NCBI GenBank assembly: GCA_000090985.2
Contig: CP001330.1
Coordinates: 974,335-1,006,334 of the forward strand
Reading direction: 5' to 3'
DNA length: 32,000 bases
DNA from: Micromonas sp.
Taxonomy: Eukaryota
Part shown: one piece after another, positions 6,886 to 15,760 of the stretch
Numbering within the stretch: the first letter of the stretch is position 1
Layout: each line of letters begins with the position of its first letter
Notes under the pieces: model-generated
Database searches by the model: none
Seen by the model: only the letters and a program-made list of their open reading frames with translations
What the model was told of the DNA's origin: nothing
Translations under genes and position numbers: made by a program

Positions 6886-9800
6886 ATGCCACCTCCGCAG
6901 GGCCTGCGCCTGGACGACGACGACGAATCCGTGTTTGTCGTGGTGCGGTGGCAGGGATCGGGGGCGTCCTACTTCAGATCCGCGCAGGTCGACCGCACGC
7001 GACGCGCGAGGCCCGCGCGTTCGATTGGCGGACCCGACGGAGGGACGCACTCCGCGCGCGTTCCTCGCCACGACGACTCGAACGACGCGCGCGTCCGATG
7101 GGACTCGCGCGACGGCGTCAGCGCGTTCAGAAACGACGCGTGCTACCTCCATCCAGCGGCGACCGGCGGCGACCGCGGCGAGGTTCACGCGTTCGACTCC
7201 ATCGCTGACGACGACGACGACGTCGAGCCGAGGCGCGGGATGGCTAGCAGCCGCGCTAGGCACCTGCCGTGGGAGGTGAGACTGGCGGTGTGCGCGTCAA
7301 GGCCGGGGAGCATCTACGGTACCACCGAGCGGGTCATCGGCGAGGGCGCGCTGAACCTGGCGGACTTCGTCGGGACGAGCAAGGCGGCGCGGGGCGGCGC
7401 GGGGGGTCCCGCGAGAGTCCAACTGGAGATGCAACCGGCGTCCTCAACCGCCCGACCAGTCACCGCCCGACCAGTCACCGCCGCGGAAACGTCGTCGCGT
7501 CCTCGCCCCCCGCGCCTGTCGCTGTCCGTCGCCGTCACGCGATCGCCGGGTCTCGCGTCGAAGGCGGCGGCGAGCCTGGGCGGGAAAGGCAGCCGCGACA
7601 GGGCAGTCGCCGGGAAGCTCTTCTCCTACCTCTCCAACTCCGCGCAGTCGCCGAGGAGAGGAGATCGCGAAGATCAATCGGGGGGGAGACGCGTCGGCCG
7701 AGGACGTTCATCGCCGCGTTCGTCGCCGCGATCGAGCGAAGACGCGTCTGTCTCGGACGGGTTCACCAGCGACGGGACAGCGATGGACACGTGCGAGAGC
7801 GACGCCGAGAGAGGCGCGTCGCCGCCGTCGACGCCGCCGCGGGAATCGGAGTCGGTGTTTAAAAAGCCGCCGAACAACGGAAAGGATCCCCGTCGTCCTC
7901 GCGGGGAACGACGCGACGACGACGACGACGACGACGAGGAGGAGGAGGAGCACGCGAATGACGATGCAAACGACGCCGCGGACGGGAATCGATCCCGCGA
8001 CGTCGAGGCTACTCCCAACAAGCGACACTCGAGGTCGTGGTCCTGGAGCGTCAAGTGGACGTCGCCGGTGCGGAGGCGCGTTGGTGAGCTCGGGGACGAT
8101 TTGAACGGTGACGCGGTGGTGATCGACGACGAGCTGCTTCCGACGCCGGCAAAGGCGAGGAAGGACGCCGCGCCTGAACGCGTGATGACTTCGCCTCCGT
8201 CCTCGCCGAATGAGCCTCGCTCGGAGGAAAAAGAGGAAAAAGAGAAAAAGGCGGAGGAGGACAAGGCTGACGCAAACGGGGCGAGTCGAAAGACGCACCG
8301 GCGGACGTCGTCGTGGAGCTCTCGCGTGTTTGGCGGACCGTTCGTCTCGTTCGTGGGTTCGTCGAAGACCCCGGAGGAGGTGGAGTTCGAACGCGCGGCG
8401 CGAGAGGCGCGACGGGCAGCCAAAGCGGCGGACATCGCCGCTCGCAAATTCGCGCGCGACGACGCTAAGAGAGCCAAGCGCGAACTGATCCGCCGCGCGA
8501 CGGAGGAGGAGCGGATGTTCCGCGCGGTGCTGGAGGAGACGAAGCGCGCGGCGGCGGAGTCGCTGCCGCGGCGGCGCGGCGAGTCCGCGGCGCACGCGGC
8601 GTGCGTGTTGGTCACGCCGGGAGGGGGGGCGGCGAACTCGGGAGGATGCGAGCCGCTCGGGTTTAGGGGCGGAAAGAGCAGGAACCTCGCGTCGGAGCTC
8701 GACGACGTCGCGGACGAGGCGACCGGGAACGCGATCGGGAACGACGCGGAGGTTGGGCGAGGATCGATTCCCGACGGGGACGGGGACGTGGCGACGCGGA
8801 GCGCGGCGAGGGCGGATCACGGCGAGTGGCTTCGCGTGGAACTCCGCTCTCAGCCGACGCAGCCGCCGACGGCTGGCGACGAACCGGCGAAGATCCCCGC
8901 CGACGCGTTCTTCGCGTCGCTCGACCAGATGAGCGCGAACGGCCAGGGCGCGTGCACGCTCGCGTGCGTCGCGCTGGCGGAGTGGTTGGAAGATCACCCG
9001 GGCTCGCTCCCGACGGCGAGGTTGGTCCTCGAGGGAGCGTCTGACGCGTCAAACGCGGTCGCCGACGTCGCGGGTTCGAACCCGTCGTCGTCCGAATCTT
9101 CGCCCGACGCCTCCCCCGACCGCGCCGCGCGCCAACCCAAGCTCGTGTTCGACGCGGTCATCGCGGGAGCCGCGGCGGAGTGGCGGGCGCTGTGCGACGA
9201 CCCCGCTCTGCTCAAACGGTTCCCGGATAAACATTTCGACCTCGACACCGCGCTCGAGCGTCACGTGCCGTTTCCCGTCCCAGACGCCACGGGGCGGATA
9301 CGAATCGACGCCTCGTGCACGGGCGACGCCTCGGCGGGTAACGCCTCCGCCTCGGTGGGTAACGCCTCGGTGGATCGGTCGTCCAGCCCGCGTGATCGTC
9401 CGGGCGGCAGGCTTCGCGTGGACCACCGCGAGTCCTTTGTCGGCTTTCTCACTCCGCCCGGAACGGCGCCCGGGGATTCGCCGACGATGGACGCGCTTTG
9501 CGCCGCGGCGCCGCCGCTTCGAACGATCGTGGACGAACTCGCGCGGACGGCGCCGGCGACGTACGTGGTGTCGTGGCTGGACCACTTCTTCGTCCTTCGG
9601 TTCGCGCGGGAATGCATTCGTACCGACGGCGATTTGGGAAACGGCGATTTGATTCATCCGTCGGCGATCCCCGGGGAGGAGGACGAGGAGGTTGTCGTCT
9701 ACGTCATGGACTCGCTCGGGGAGAGGCTGTGCGAGGGGTGCAAGCGCGGGTACGTGCTCCGCTTCGACGGGTCGTCGTCGCCCGCGTGCGGCGGCGGCGC

Positions 9801-9972
9801 GGCGGCGGCGGCGGCGCGGTTCATCGGCGAAGTGTTACCGTCGCGGCTTCTGCGGCAGATCGGCGCGGACGTGGCCGCGTACGCGTCCGGGGCGAAGGGC
9901 GCGAGCGAGCCGTCGTTGGAGCAGCTCATGCGCAGGCTCCAGATCGAGTTTCACAGGGTGCGGAGGGGATAG
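6886..9972 (+). CDS. Large low-complexity protein with N-terminal NT-C2 (EEIG1/EHBP1-type)-like region and a conserved C-terminal domain
   Basis: Real ATG at 6886 and an uninterrupted 1028-codon ORF. The N-terminus reads ..VFVVVRWQG..WEVRLAVCASRPGSIYGTTERVIGEGALNLADFVG, which is NT-C2-like. The C-terminus reads ..ATYVVSWLDHFFVLRF..VVVYVMDSLGERLCEGCKRGYVLRFDG, resembling the C-terminal block of plant NT-C2 proteins as I recall it. The middle is Asp/Glu/Arg/Ser-rich. Confidence 0.6.
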   Translation: MPPPQGLRLDDDDESVFVVVRWQGSGASYFRSAQVDRTRRARPARSIGGPDGGTHSARVPRHDDSNDARVRWDSRDGVSAFRNDACYLHPAATGGDRGEVHAFDSIADDDDDVEPRRGMASSRARHLPWEVRLAVCASRPGSIYGTTERVIGEGALNLADFVGTSKAARGGAGGPARVQLEMQPASSTARPVTARPVTAAETSSRPRPPRLSLSVAVTRSPGLASKAAASLGGKGSRDRAVAGKLFSYLSNSAQSPRRGDREDQSGGRRVGRGRSSPRSSPRSSEDASVSDGFTSDGTAMDTCESDAERGASPPSTPPRESESVFKKPPNNGKDPRRPRGERRDDDDDDDEEEEEHANDDANDAADGNRSRDVEATPNKRHSRSWSWSVKWTSPVRRRVGELGDDLNGDAVVIDDELLPTPAKARKDAAPERVMTSPPSSPNEPRSEEKEEKEKKAEEDKADANGASRKTHRRTSSWSSRVFGGPFVSFVGSSKTPEEVEFERAAREARRAAKAADIAARKFARDDAKRAKRELIRRATEEERMFRAVLEETKRAAAESLPRRRGESAAHAACVLVTPGGGAANSGGCEPLGFRGGKSRNLASELDDVADEATGNAIGNDAEVGRGSIPDGDGDVATRSAARADHGEWLRVELRSQPTQPPTAGDEPAKIPADAFFASLDQMSANGQGACTLACVALAEWLEDHPGSLPTARLVLEGASDASNAVADVAGSNPSSSESSPDASPDRAARQPKLVFDAVIAGAAAEWRALCDDPALLKRFPDKHFDLDTALERHVPFPVPDATGRIRIDASCTGDASAGNASASVGNASVDRSSSPRDRPGGRLRVDHRESFVGFLTPPGTAPGDSPTMDALCAAAPPLRTIVDELARTAPATYVVSWLDHFFVLRFARECIRTDGDLGNGDLIHPSAIPGEEDEEVVVYVMDSLGERLCEGCKRGYVLRFDGSSSPACGGGAAAAAARFIGEVLPSRLLRQIGADVAAYASGAKGASEPSLEQLMRRLQIEFHRVRRG
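7448..7482 (+). repeat. In-frame 15-nt tandem duplication (CCGCCCGACCAGTCA x2 plus a partial unit), encoding ARPVT ARPVT
   Basis: Direct reading of 7448-7462 and 7463-7477 shows two identical units, followed by CCGCC. Confidence 0.8.
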
Positions 9973-10468
9973 TCGGGCGGTGGTTTAATGTCAAGTCGAC
10001 GGCGGTGGCCAACTGAAATCGTCTCGACGACAGCTCCTAACACTTAACAGGAAACTCCTAAAACCCTCAACAGCGCGCGCGGTTGAGAAATGGCGACTTT
10101 TGCGGGTCGGAAAGGACGCCGTCGCGGGAAAATCCGCGGTTGAGATCGTGTGCGTGCCAACTCAGCAGGGTACTGGCAACAAATTAACTCGACTTTCGGG
10201 GTTCACCGCGCTAAATTCGCGTCCCTTCAATCCAAACCAGGTGCGATTCCTTTCGGTGTCCTTCGTGTCATTCCGAAACGCACACGCGCGAGGCCGCGGA
10301 CGGAACCGACGCACGCGCGAGCGCCCCGACGAGCGCCCGGACGCGGGGCCTAGAGGAGCGAGCCGGATAGCGAGCGAGCGCGATCGACGACGCCGAGGAA
10401 CGCGGGCGCTTTTCGGGTGACGCGCCCAACGCACGCGGCTCGGGGGAATAAACACACGCGAAAGAAAG

Positions 10469-10638
10469 ATGGTGCACGACTCTGCCATTCACGACGCGGG
10501 CGCGGCGAGGCGCGCGAACGTTCTCGTGGTCAACGACGACGGCATCGCCGCCGCCGGACTCGCGAAGGTCGTCGAGGCGCTCGACAGGACCGGCAGGCTC
10601 GACGTCTACGTCGTCGCTCCCGACAAGGAGATGAGCGC
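10469..10638 (+). CDS. SurE-type 5'/3'-nucleotidase, exon 1
   Basis: The exon encodes MVHDSAIHDAGAARRANVLVVNDDGIAAAGLAKVVEALDRTGRLDVYVVAPDKEMSA, which contains the SurE N-terminal signature (LxxNDDG..A.G). The donor GC|GTGAGT is at 10639, phase 2. Confidence 0.85.
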
Positions 10639-10788
10639 GTGAGTCTCCCCGCGGCCCCGTCGCCTCCCGCACCGCGCGAAGATATTTGTTCCCTTATACC
10701 TTCCGAGACTTTCCACGCGGGGTGCCTAGCTAGCCCCGCGCGCTCGAAGCCGCGCCGTCCTGACCGTCCCGCCCCCCTCGATCGACAG
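10639..10788 (+). other. Spliceosomal intron (150 nt)
   Basis: GTGAGTCTCC ... CCTGAC (branch-point-like, about 28 nt from the 3' end) ... GATCGACAG. Splicing gives APDKEMSA-TSHSISIHNAV, restoring the conserved S.S.S block of SurE. Confidence 0.8.
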
Positions 10789-11707
10789 GACGTCGCACTC
10801 CATCTCGATACACAACGCCGTCTCCGCCACGCCGCGCGTCGTTCCCGGCGCGACGCGCGCCTTCTCCTCCAGCGGCACCCCCGCGGACTGCACCATGCTC
10901 GGCCTCTCCGTGCTCTACCGGAGCAAGCGCTTCGACTACATCGTGTCCGGGATCAACCGCGGCGATAACCTCGGCCTGCACGTCGTGTACTCCGGCACCG
11001 TCGCGGGCGCCCGCGAGGGCGCCATGCGCACCGGCGCCGTGGGCGTCGCCGTCTCCCTCGACTCGTACTCCAGAACAGCCGACTACTCGGAAGCCGCGAG
11101 GCTCACCGCCGAACTCGTCACCTCCATCCACGACGCGCCGGGCTTGACGGAGACGTTGCGCGGCTGCGTCCTCAACGTCAACGTCCCCAACCTGCCGCGC
11201 ACGCACATCAAGGGCGTCAAGCTGACAACCCCGGGGCTGAGCTGCACGCAGGCGGAGTGGGTCAGAGTCCCGGGCACTCGCGGCGACAGCTGTGACGATT
11301 TAAACGAAGATGAGACTCGAGGACCCGATTCCGACTCGGACGGCGACTGGCGACACGACGGCGCCTTCGCCGACGGCGTCGACGAACTCCCGATCGCGGA
11401 CGCCGGCGAGGGGCTCGTCGGGACCCCCGGGACCCCCGGTGGAACCGACGACGGCGCGTGGGAGAGCGGAACGCGATGGTTTCGGAACAAGCCCGGTCCC
11501 GCCCGGGAAGACGACCGCGAGGGCTACGATAAACGCGCGATGAAAGACGGGTTCGTCAGCGTGTCGGTGCTCGCGAGCGGATACGCGACGGTGGCGTTCG
11601 ATCGGACGAAAATACCGAAAGAAAACGCGGGTCTGGGGTTGGGAGAGACGCTGGTACGGGCGCTCGTGCCGGACGGCGCGCGTCCGGGGATTCGCAGCGC
11701 GGCGTGA
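10789..11707 (+). CDS. SurE-type nucleotidase, exon 2
   Basis: ..SSGTPADCTMLGLSVLY..FDYIVSGINRGDNLGLHVVYSGTVAGAREGAM.. is the canonical SurE core (SGIN.G.N.G....SGTV.AA.E). A long acidic or disordered insert follows before the C-terminal strand. Stop at 11705-11707. Confidence 0.85.
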
Positions 11708-12009
11708 GCGGCGAGCGAGCGCCGTTCACGCACGCGTGATGACGACGGGGAGGGGTTCGTTTGTTTGGGTTCCCCCGCCGCCGCCAGTTGTACGTAACAT
11801 TATTTGTAATCAAATCGGATCGAATCGCGTCGCGACGTCCGCGAATGCAGCCGCCGAGCGAGGTACCCCGCCCGCGCTCCGTCGCGTGTAGCCCCGTTCG
11901 TGATCGTCGCCGCCTTCGGCTGGAAGAAACGTCGCGGACGAGCCGGCTACGCGATGAACGATTTCCTCTCTCTTCTAATTTGTGCGACTAAAAGCGTAAC
12001 CTACGAACG

Positions 12010-13713
12010 TCACCCGCGAAGTCTGGGCGGCGCGGCGAAGACGAGCGACGCGTTGGTCCCCCCGAACCCGAAGCTGTTGCTCATCGCCGCGCGCGGACGC
12101 GCTCCCCGCGCCGCGACGCGCGCCACGAAATCCGCCCCGTCCGGCACGCACTCCCCGCACGGGTCGTCCAGGTTGAGCGTCGGCGGACAATCTCCGGAAG
12201 CAATGGAAAGCACCGCGAACGCCGCCTCGACCGCGCCCGCGGCGCCCAGCAGGTGCCCCGTCGCGCCCTTCGTCGACGACACCCGCGTCGTCCCCGTCGC
12301 GAGCGCCTTCCCAAAGACGCGACTAAGCGCTTTGGCCTCGGCGGCGTCGCCCGTAGTCGTGCCGGTGGCGTGCGCGTTGACGTATCCCACGCACCCGGGT
12401 TCGATACCTCCGTCGGCCAAAGCGTTTAACATCGCGAGCGCCGCGCCGTCCCCGTCCCTCGGCGGCTGCGTGATGTGGTGCGCGTCCGCGGCGCAGCCGT
12501 ACCCGCGAACCTCCGCGTACGGCGCGACGCCCCGCGCGATCGCGCTCTCGAGACTCTCGAGCACCAATACGCCGGAGCCCTCGCCCATGACGAACCCGCC
12601 CCTGCGAGCGTCGAACGGCCGGCAGACGGCGGCGGGATCGACCGCGAGGTTCGGTGGGAACTTGGCCGGGTCCGCGAGCGCCCTGGCGCGGGCGAAACCG
12701 GCGAAGGACACGGCGTCGATGGCTGACTCGGCGCCGCCGGCGAGCACGAGGTCGACGTCGCCTCGAGCGACGGCTCTATAGGCGTCGCCGATCGCGTGCG
12801 CCCCCGAGGCGCACGCGGTGGCGACGGCGTGGTTCATTCCCGTGAACCCGTGCGCCATGCTGACGTGTCCCGCCGCCATGTTGCACAGGATCCTCGGCAC
12901 GAAGAACGGCGACACGCGTCGCAGCTTACCCCGCTCGAGCAGAGCGCCCGCGTTGGTGAGGTCCGGGACGTGGCCCATCCCGGCGCCGATGAACACGCCG
13001 CACCGGTCGGGACGCGTCGCGCCGGTCGCGGACGGGTCCCATCGCGCGTCCTGAAGGGCCTCGTGCGCCGCCGCGAGCGCGAGACCGGTGAACGGCGCGA
13101 TCCTGGGTCCTCCCCCGACGGCGGGGCGCGCGGCGTCGGTTCGAGAGGGCGACGAATGCGACGCCGACGCGACGCCGAACACGTCGCCCCCGCACCACCT
13201 CGTCGCGTCGAACGCGCCGGCGTCGGCGTCGGCGTTCGGTTCGTCGCGGCGTCCTCCGACGCGGGGCACGCGCGCGCCGATGCGGATCGGCATCTGCTCG
13301 TACCCGCGCTCGCCCTCGGGGATGTCGTCCGGGGTGAGTTCGCGGATGCCCGACCGTCCCGCGAGCAGCCGCTCCCACACCAGCGACGTCCCCACGCCGA
13401 GCGGCGTCGCCAGACCGATGCCGGTGACGACGACGCGCCTGGGCGCGCGCACGGGCGGGGGATGGTCGAACCCGAGGGCCGTCCCGCGGTCGTCGTCGTC
13501 GCCCCATCCTCGACGGGGCGGCGACGAGGATGAGGATGAGGATGAGGATGAGGACGACGCGGTCGACGAGGCGAACCTTCGAGACGCGTGTCCGGCGTCG
13601 GTGCACCCGCGGCACCGCGAGGGCGCGAGGATGAACGACGAGTGATCCGCCACGGCGCGCGCCGCGTCGCCGACGACGCGAGACGCGCTCGTCGCGCGCG
13701 CCCCGAGCGCCAT
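12010..13713 (-). CDS. Beta-ketoacyl-ACP synthase, mitochondrial type (mtKAS/OXSM-like)
   Basis: The ORF-track start at 13788 is a GTG that overlaps the tRNA. The first ATG (13713) gives MALGARATSASRVV.., a presequence-like leader. The core reads VVVTGIGLATPLG.., ILCNMAAGHVSMAHGFTGMNHAVATACASGAHAIGDA (active-site Cys), ..YVNAHATGT..GD..E.., SSTKGATGHLLGAAGAVEA, NSFGFGGTNASLVF. Compare human OXSM NMAAGQVSI..GPNHAVSTACTTGAHAVGD. Confidence 0.9.
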   Translation of the reverse strand: MALGARATSASRVVGDAARAVADHSSFILAPSRCRGCTDAGHASRRFASSTASSSSSSSSSSSSPPRRGWGDDDDRGTALGFDHPPPVRAPRRVVVTGIGLATPLGVGTSLVWERLLAGRSGIRELTPDDIPEGERGYEQMPIRIGARVPRVGGRRDEPNADADAGAFDATRWCGGDVFGVASASHSSPSRTDAARPAVGGGPRIAPFTGLALAAAHEALQDARWDPSATGATRPDRCGVFIGAGMGHVPDLTNAGALLERGKLRRVSPFFVPRILCNMAAGHVSMAHGFTGMNHAVATACASGAHAIGDAYRAVARGDVDLVLAGGAESAIDAVSFAGFARARALADPAKFPPNLAVDPAAVCRPFDARRGGFVMGEGSGVLVLESLESAIARGVAPYAEVRGYGCAADAHHITQPPRDGDGAALAMLNALADGGIEPGCVGYVNAHATGTTTGDAAEAKALSRVFGKALATGTTRVSSTKGATGHLLGAAGAVEAAFAVLSIASGDCPPTLNLDDPCGECVPDGADFVARVAARGARPRAAMSNSFGFGGTNASLVFAAPPRLRG

Positions 13714-13740
13714 GGCGTCGCGCTGTGACGCTCGGCTACT

Positions 13741-13752
13741 AAAAACGCAAAA
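13741..13752 (-). terminator. Pol III terminator of tRNA-Cys (TTTT GCG TTTTT)
   Basis: Downstream of the tRNA on the minus strand the sequence is ACGACACTTTAC TTTT GCG TTTTT. The T runs correspond to + strand A 13749-13752 and 13741-13745. They lie 28-39 nt upstream of the KAS ATG. Confidence 0.65.
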
Positions 13753-13764
13753 GTAAAGTGTCGT

Positions 13765-13884
13765 AGGGCACACGCGGAGTTGAACCACGGACCTGAAGAT
13801 CCCTGCTTTGGCTGTTTCACCAGCCTTTGTTCAATCGAAACGTATGTACTGCAGTCTTCCGCTCTACCACTGAGCTATGTACCC
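13765..13884 (-). tRNA. trnC-GCA: tRNA-Cys (anticodon GCA) with a 48-nt intron at the canonical 37/38 position
   Basis: Minus strand: GGGTACATAGCTCAGTGGTAGAGCGGAAGACTGCAG [48-nt intron] ATCTTCAGGTCCGTGGTTCAACTCCGCGTGTGCCCT. The acceptor stem is GGGTACA/TGTGCCC with discriminator U. The D arm is GCTC..GAGC. The anticodon stem is GAAGA/TCTTC with loop CTGCAGA. The T arm is CGTGG TTCAACT CCGCG. The mature length is 72 nt. Confidence 0.85.
13801..13848 (-). other. tRNA-Cys intron (48 nt)
   Basis: The intron is TACATACGTTTCGATTGAACAAAGGCTGGTGAAACAGCCAAAGCAGGG. It has an internal GGCTG/CAGCC hairpin, and a 3' GCAG that can pair with the anticodon-loop CUGC, the usual anticodon-intron helix. Confidence 0.75.
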
Positions 13885-14089
13885 ACAGATTTCATGTCAG
13901 ACTATGGCGAATTTAGAAATAGATACCCGCGACGTTATCCGCGAAAATCGATCAAGACTGACCCACGCCTCGCTTTGAACCGCCCTTTCAGCCATCGGCG
14001 CGGGGCGCTTCGTTCATCGATCACGTCGTCCTCCTTCATCGTCGGTCGAATGGCTCATCGTGAACACTCGATTCTTCCTAAAAGTTTTT

Positions 14090-15220
14090 CTAAAGCGGTT
14101 CGTTGTAGCCTTCGTCCTCGTCAATCTCAACCTCCGCGTACGCCACGAACGTCACGGGCACCACGTAACTCCCCGGACCCTGCGTCCCACCCCCGCGCGT
14201 CCCCCCGTGCCCCGCCGTCCCACCCGTCCCTCGCGTCCCACCCCCAACGCCGCCGTACCGCTGCGAGTCGCCGTATCCCCCCGAGTGATGATGATGATGA
14301 TGCCCGCCGGCGTTCGCGTGCGCTGCCCTGTTCATGTGCACCAGGTGCACGATCTTGACGACGCCGCCCTCGCCGATCGCCACGCGCGTCATCGTCGGCG
14401 ACCCGCCCTCCTCGCGCGCGTGCGCGGGACCGACGAGCGCGGGGGGAAGCGACGACGCCGCGGCTTTCATGAACCTGTACCGGTACGTCCACGCCCCGGA
14501 TTCGGCGCACGAAAACTCCGTCAGCGCCGACGAACCCGGCGTCGCGTCGACGTCGATGCGCAGCTCGCCGGTGTCTTTACCTTTCGACGAGAACGAGAGC
14601 GACGGGGACGGGTGCGAACTCATCGCGATGGTCATCGGTGCGCACGGCCACTCCAGGTCGTCAACGATCTCTCGCAGCGCCGTGGTCGGCATGGCAAACG
14701 CGTTGCGCTCGCCGCGGAAGACGAGCTCGGCGTCGGCGGCGGACGTCGTGGACCATCCGTCCACCTCGGGCGCGATGGACGCGTGCGTGCACATGCGCGC
14801 GGGCCGGCCGGCGTGCGGATCCGCGGCGTCCCTCACGGTCAACGCCGCGAGCACCAGCGAGTTGTCGCGATCGGGCCATCGCATGGAGAGTTCGCACTCG
14901 CCGTCCAGGGGCGCGAACGCGTTGAGGACGTCGATGAGGGAGCCGAGATCCAGGCCGAAGGTTCCGACCGCGGAGCCCACGCCCGAGACGTGCCCCTGCG
15001 TCCCCGCCGCGGACGCGTTGACGCGGTAGGACGCGAACGTCTCCGCGCGGAAGTTCACCTGCGCCTGCAACGATTTGCTCGGATCCTGCGCCACCACCGT
15101 CACCCCCCTCTCGGCGACGGAGACGTGCACGAGCTGCCGCTTGGAGAGCTTGAGGGCGCCGAGGACGGACACGAAGCTGCGGATCTGGTCCACGCGCGCG
15201 TCCAGCACCCAGTCGTCCAT
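14090..15220 (-). CDS. RAD1: RAD1 (9-1-1 checkpoint clamp subunit) homologue
   Basis: Real ATG at 15220. The 376-aa ORF begins MDDWVLDARVDQIRSFVSVLGALKLSKRQLVHVSVAERGVTVVAQDPSKSLQAQVNFRAETF, a clamp-fold start. It ends ..GVVKIVHLVHM[55-aa Gly/His insert]YVVPVTFVAYAEVEIDEDEGY, which parallels human RAD1 ..GFLSLQYMIRNEDGQICFVEYYCCPDEE as I recall it. Confidence 0.65.
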   Translation of the reverse strand: MDDWVLDARVDQIRSFVSVLGALKLSKRQLVHVSVAERGVTVVAQDPSKSLQAQVNFRAETFASYRVNASAAGTQGHVSGVGSAVGTFGLDLGSLIDVLNAFAPLDGECELSMRWPDRDNSLVLAALTVRDAADPHAGRPARMCTHASIAPEVDGWSTTSAADAELVFRGERNAFAMPTTALREIVDDLEWPCAPMTIAMSSHPSPSLSFSSKGKDTGELRIDVDATPGSSALTEFSCAESGAWTYRYRFMKAAASSLPPALVGPAHAREEGGSPTMTRVAIGEGGVVKIVHLVHMNRAAHANAGGHHHHHHSGGYGDSQRYGGVGGGTRGTGGTAGHGGTRGGGTQGPGSYVVPVTFVAYAEVEIDEDEGYNEPL

Positions 15221-15449
15221 TGCGCACCGTCCAGCGAGACCCGCTGTTCGCCACCGAGGCTAGCTAGTGACGAGTGGTGGGCACCCCCGCGCGAGTGTTT
15301 ATTTCAAAACCGCGCCAGCTGTGTCGTCGCCGCGTCGTGGTTGCCAAGACCCGGCGTTCTCTTCGTCGGGTCGCGTCACTCCGCGGCGCGCCGCCGAGAG
15401 CCCGCGCGCCGCCCCTCTCCCTTTCCCAGCGCCGCGCGGGACGCGAGAG
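15221..15449. promoter_or_regulatory. Shared divergent promoter / 5'-UTR region of RAD1 and MSH5 (229 bp)
   Basis: RAD1 ATG (minus strand) is at 15220 and MSH5 ATG (plus strand) is at 15450, with no other gene between them. The spacer contains one AT-richer patch, GTGTTTATTTCAAAAC, at about 15295-15310. Confidence 0.4.
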
Positions 15450-15635
15450 ATGCCGCCGCGCGTCGACCCCACCGGAAGGCGCGCGGCGACCGCGGACGCC
15501 GACGCCGACGACGCGGGAGACGGACGCGACCCGGCGGTGGACTCCGCGCGCGTGTTCATGTCGTTCGTTGCGGACGCGTCGAGGTTCGGCGCGGCGGTGT
15601 ACGATCGCGACGCGAACGCGATCGAGACGGTCGAG
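15450..15635 (+). CDS. MSH5: MSH5 (meiotic MutS homologue 5), exon 1
   Basis: The exon encodes MPPRVDPTGRR..ARVFMSFVADASRFGAAVYDRDANAIETVE. The donor GAG|GTGCGC is at 15636, phase 0. An earlier in-frame ATG at 15267 is possible but less likely. Confidence 0.65.
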
Positions 15636-15760
15636 GTGCGCGCGATGCGCCCCGACGCGCCCGCCGGGCGTCCGCTCGCCGATGCCCCGCCTCCCTCGCC
15701 CGGCCGTCTTCTCCCTCCTCTTCTCACACCCCGACCACGAACCTCCTCCCGCCCTCCCAG
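15636..15760 (+). other. Spliceosomal intron (125 nt), strongly C-rich
   Basis: GTGCGCGCGA ... CCCGCCCTCCCAG. Splicing switches from the frame of ORF 15267 to the frame of the long ORF (GYLDDDLVLLRLLLVSHEPDVVFV). Both junctions are phase 0. Confidence 0.7.

Noticed and set aside
7674-9657. Minus-strand ORFs of 202-429 aa opposite the NT-C2-like gene
   Set aside because: They have the same antisense, Arg/Ser-rich character. The plus-strand frame is uninterrupted for 1028 codons and has recognisable terminal domains.
11900-13645. Plus-strand ORFs of 185-293 aa (11900-12781, 12796-13533, 13088-13645) and alternative minus-strand frames over the KAS locus
   Set aside because: They are antisense to, or out of frame with, a beta-ketoacyl synthase that has all its catalytic motifs. 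Their translations are Arg/Ala/Pro-rich low complexity. They are compositional artefacts.
14168-14332. The Gly/His-rich RAD1 insert as an unspliced in-frame intron
   Set aside because: It is G-rich on the coding strand, whereas all recognised introns are C-rich. It lacks a plausible donor, branch point and acceptor, and it stays in frame without stops. It is kept as coding pending RNA evidence.
14060-15449. The 5' third of the 1575-aa plus-strand ORF (14060-18787)
   Set aside because: This part runs antisense to RAD1, is Arg/Pro/His-rich with no recognisable motif, and lies upstream of a clear MSH5 start, intron and core. Stop-free antisense frames are expected at this G+C content. Only 15450-15635 and 15761-18787 are taken as MSH5.
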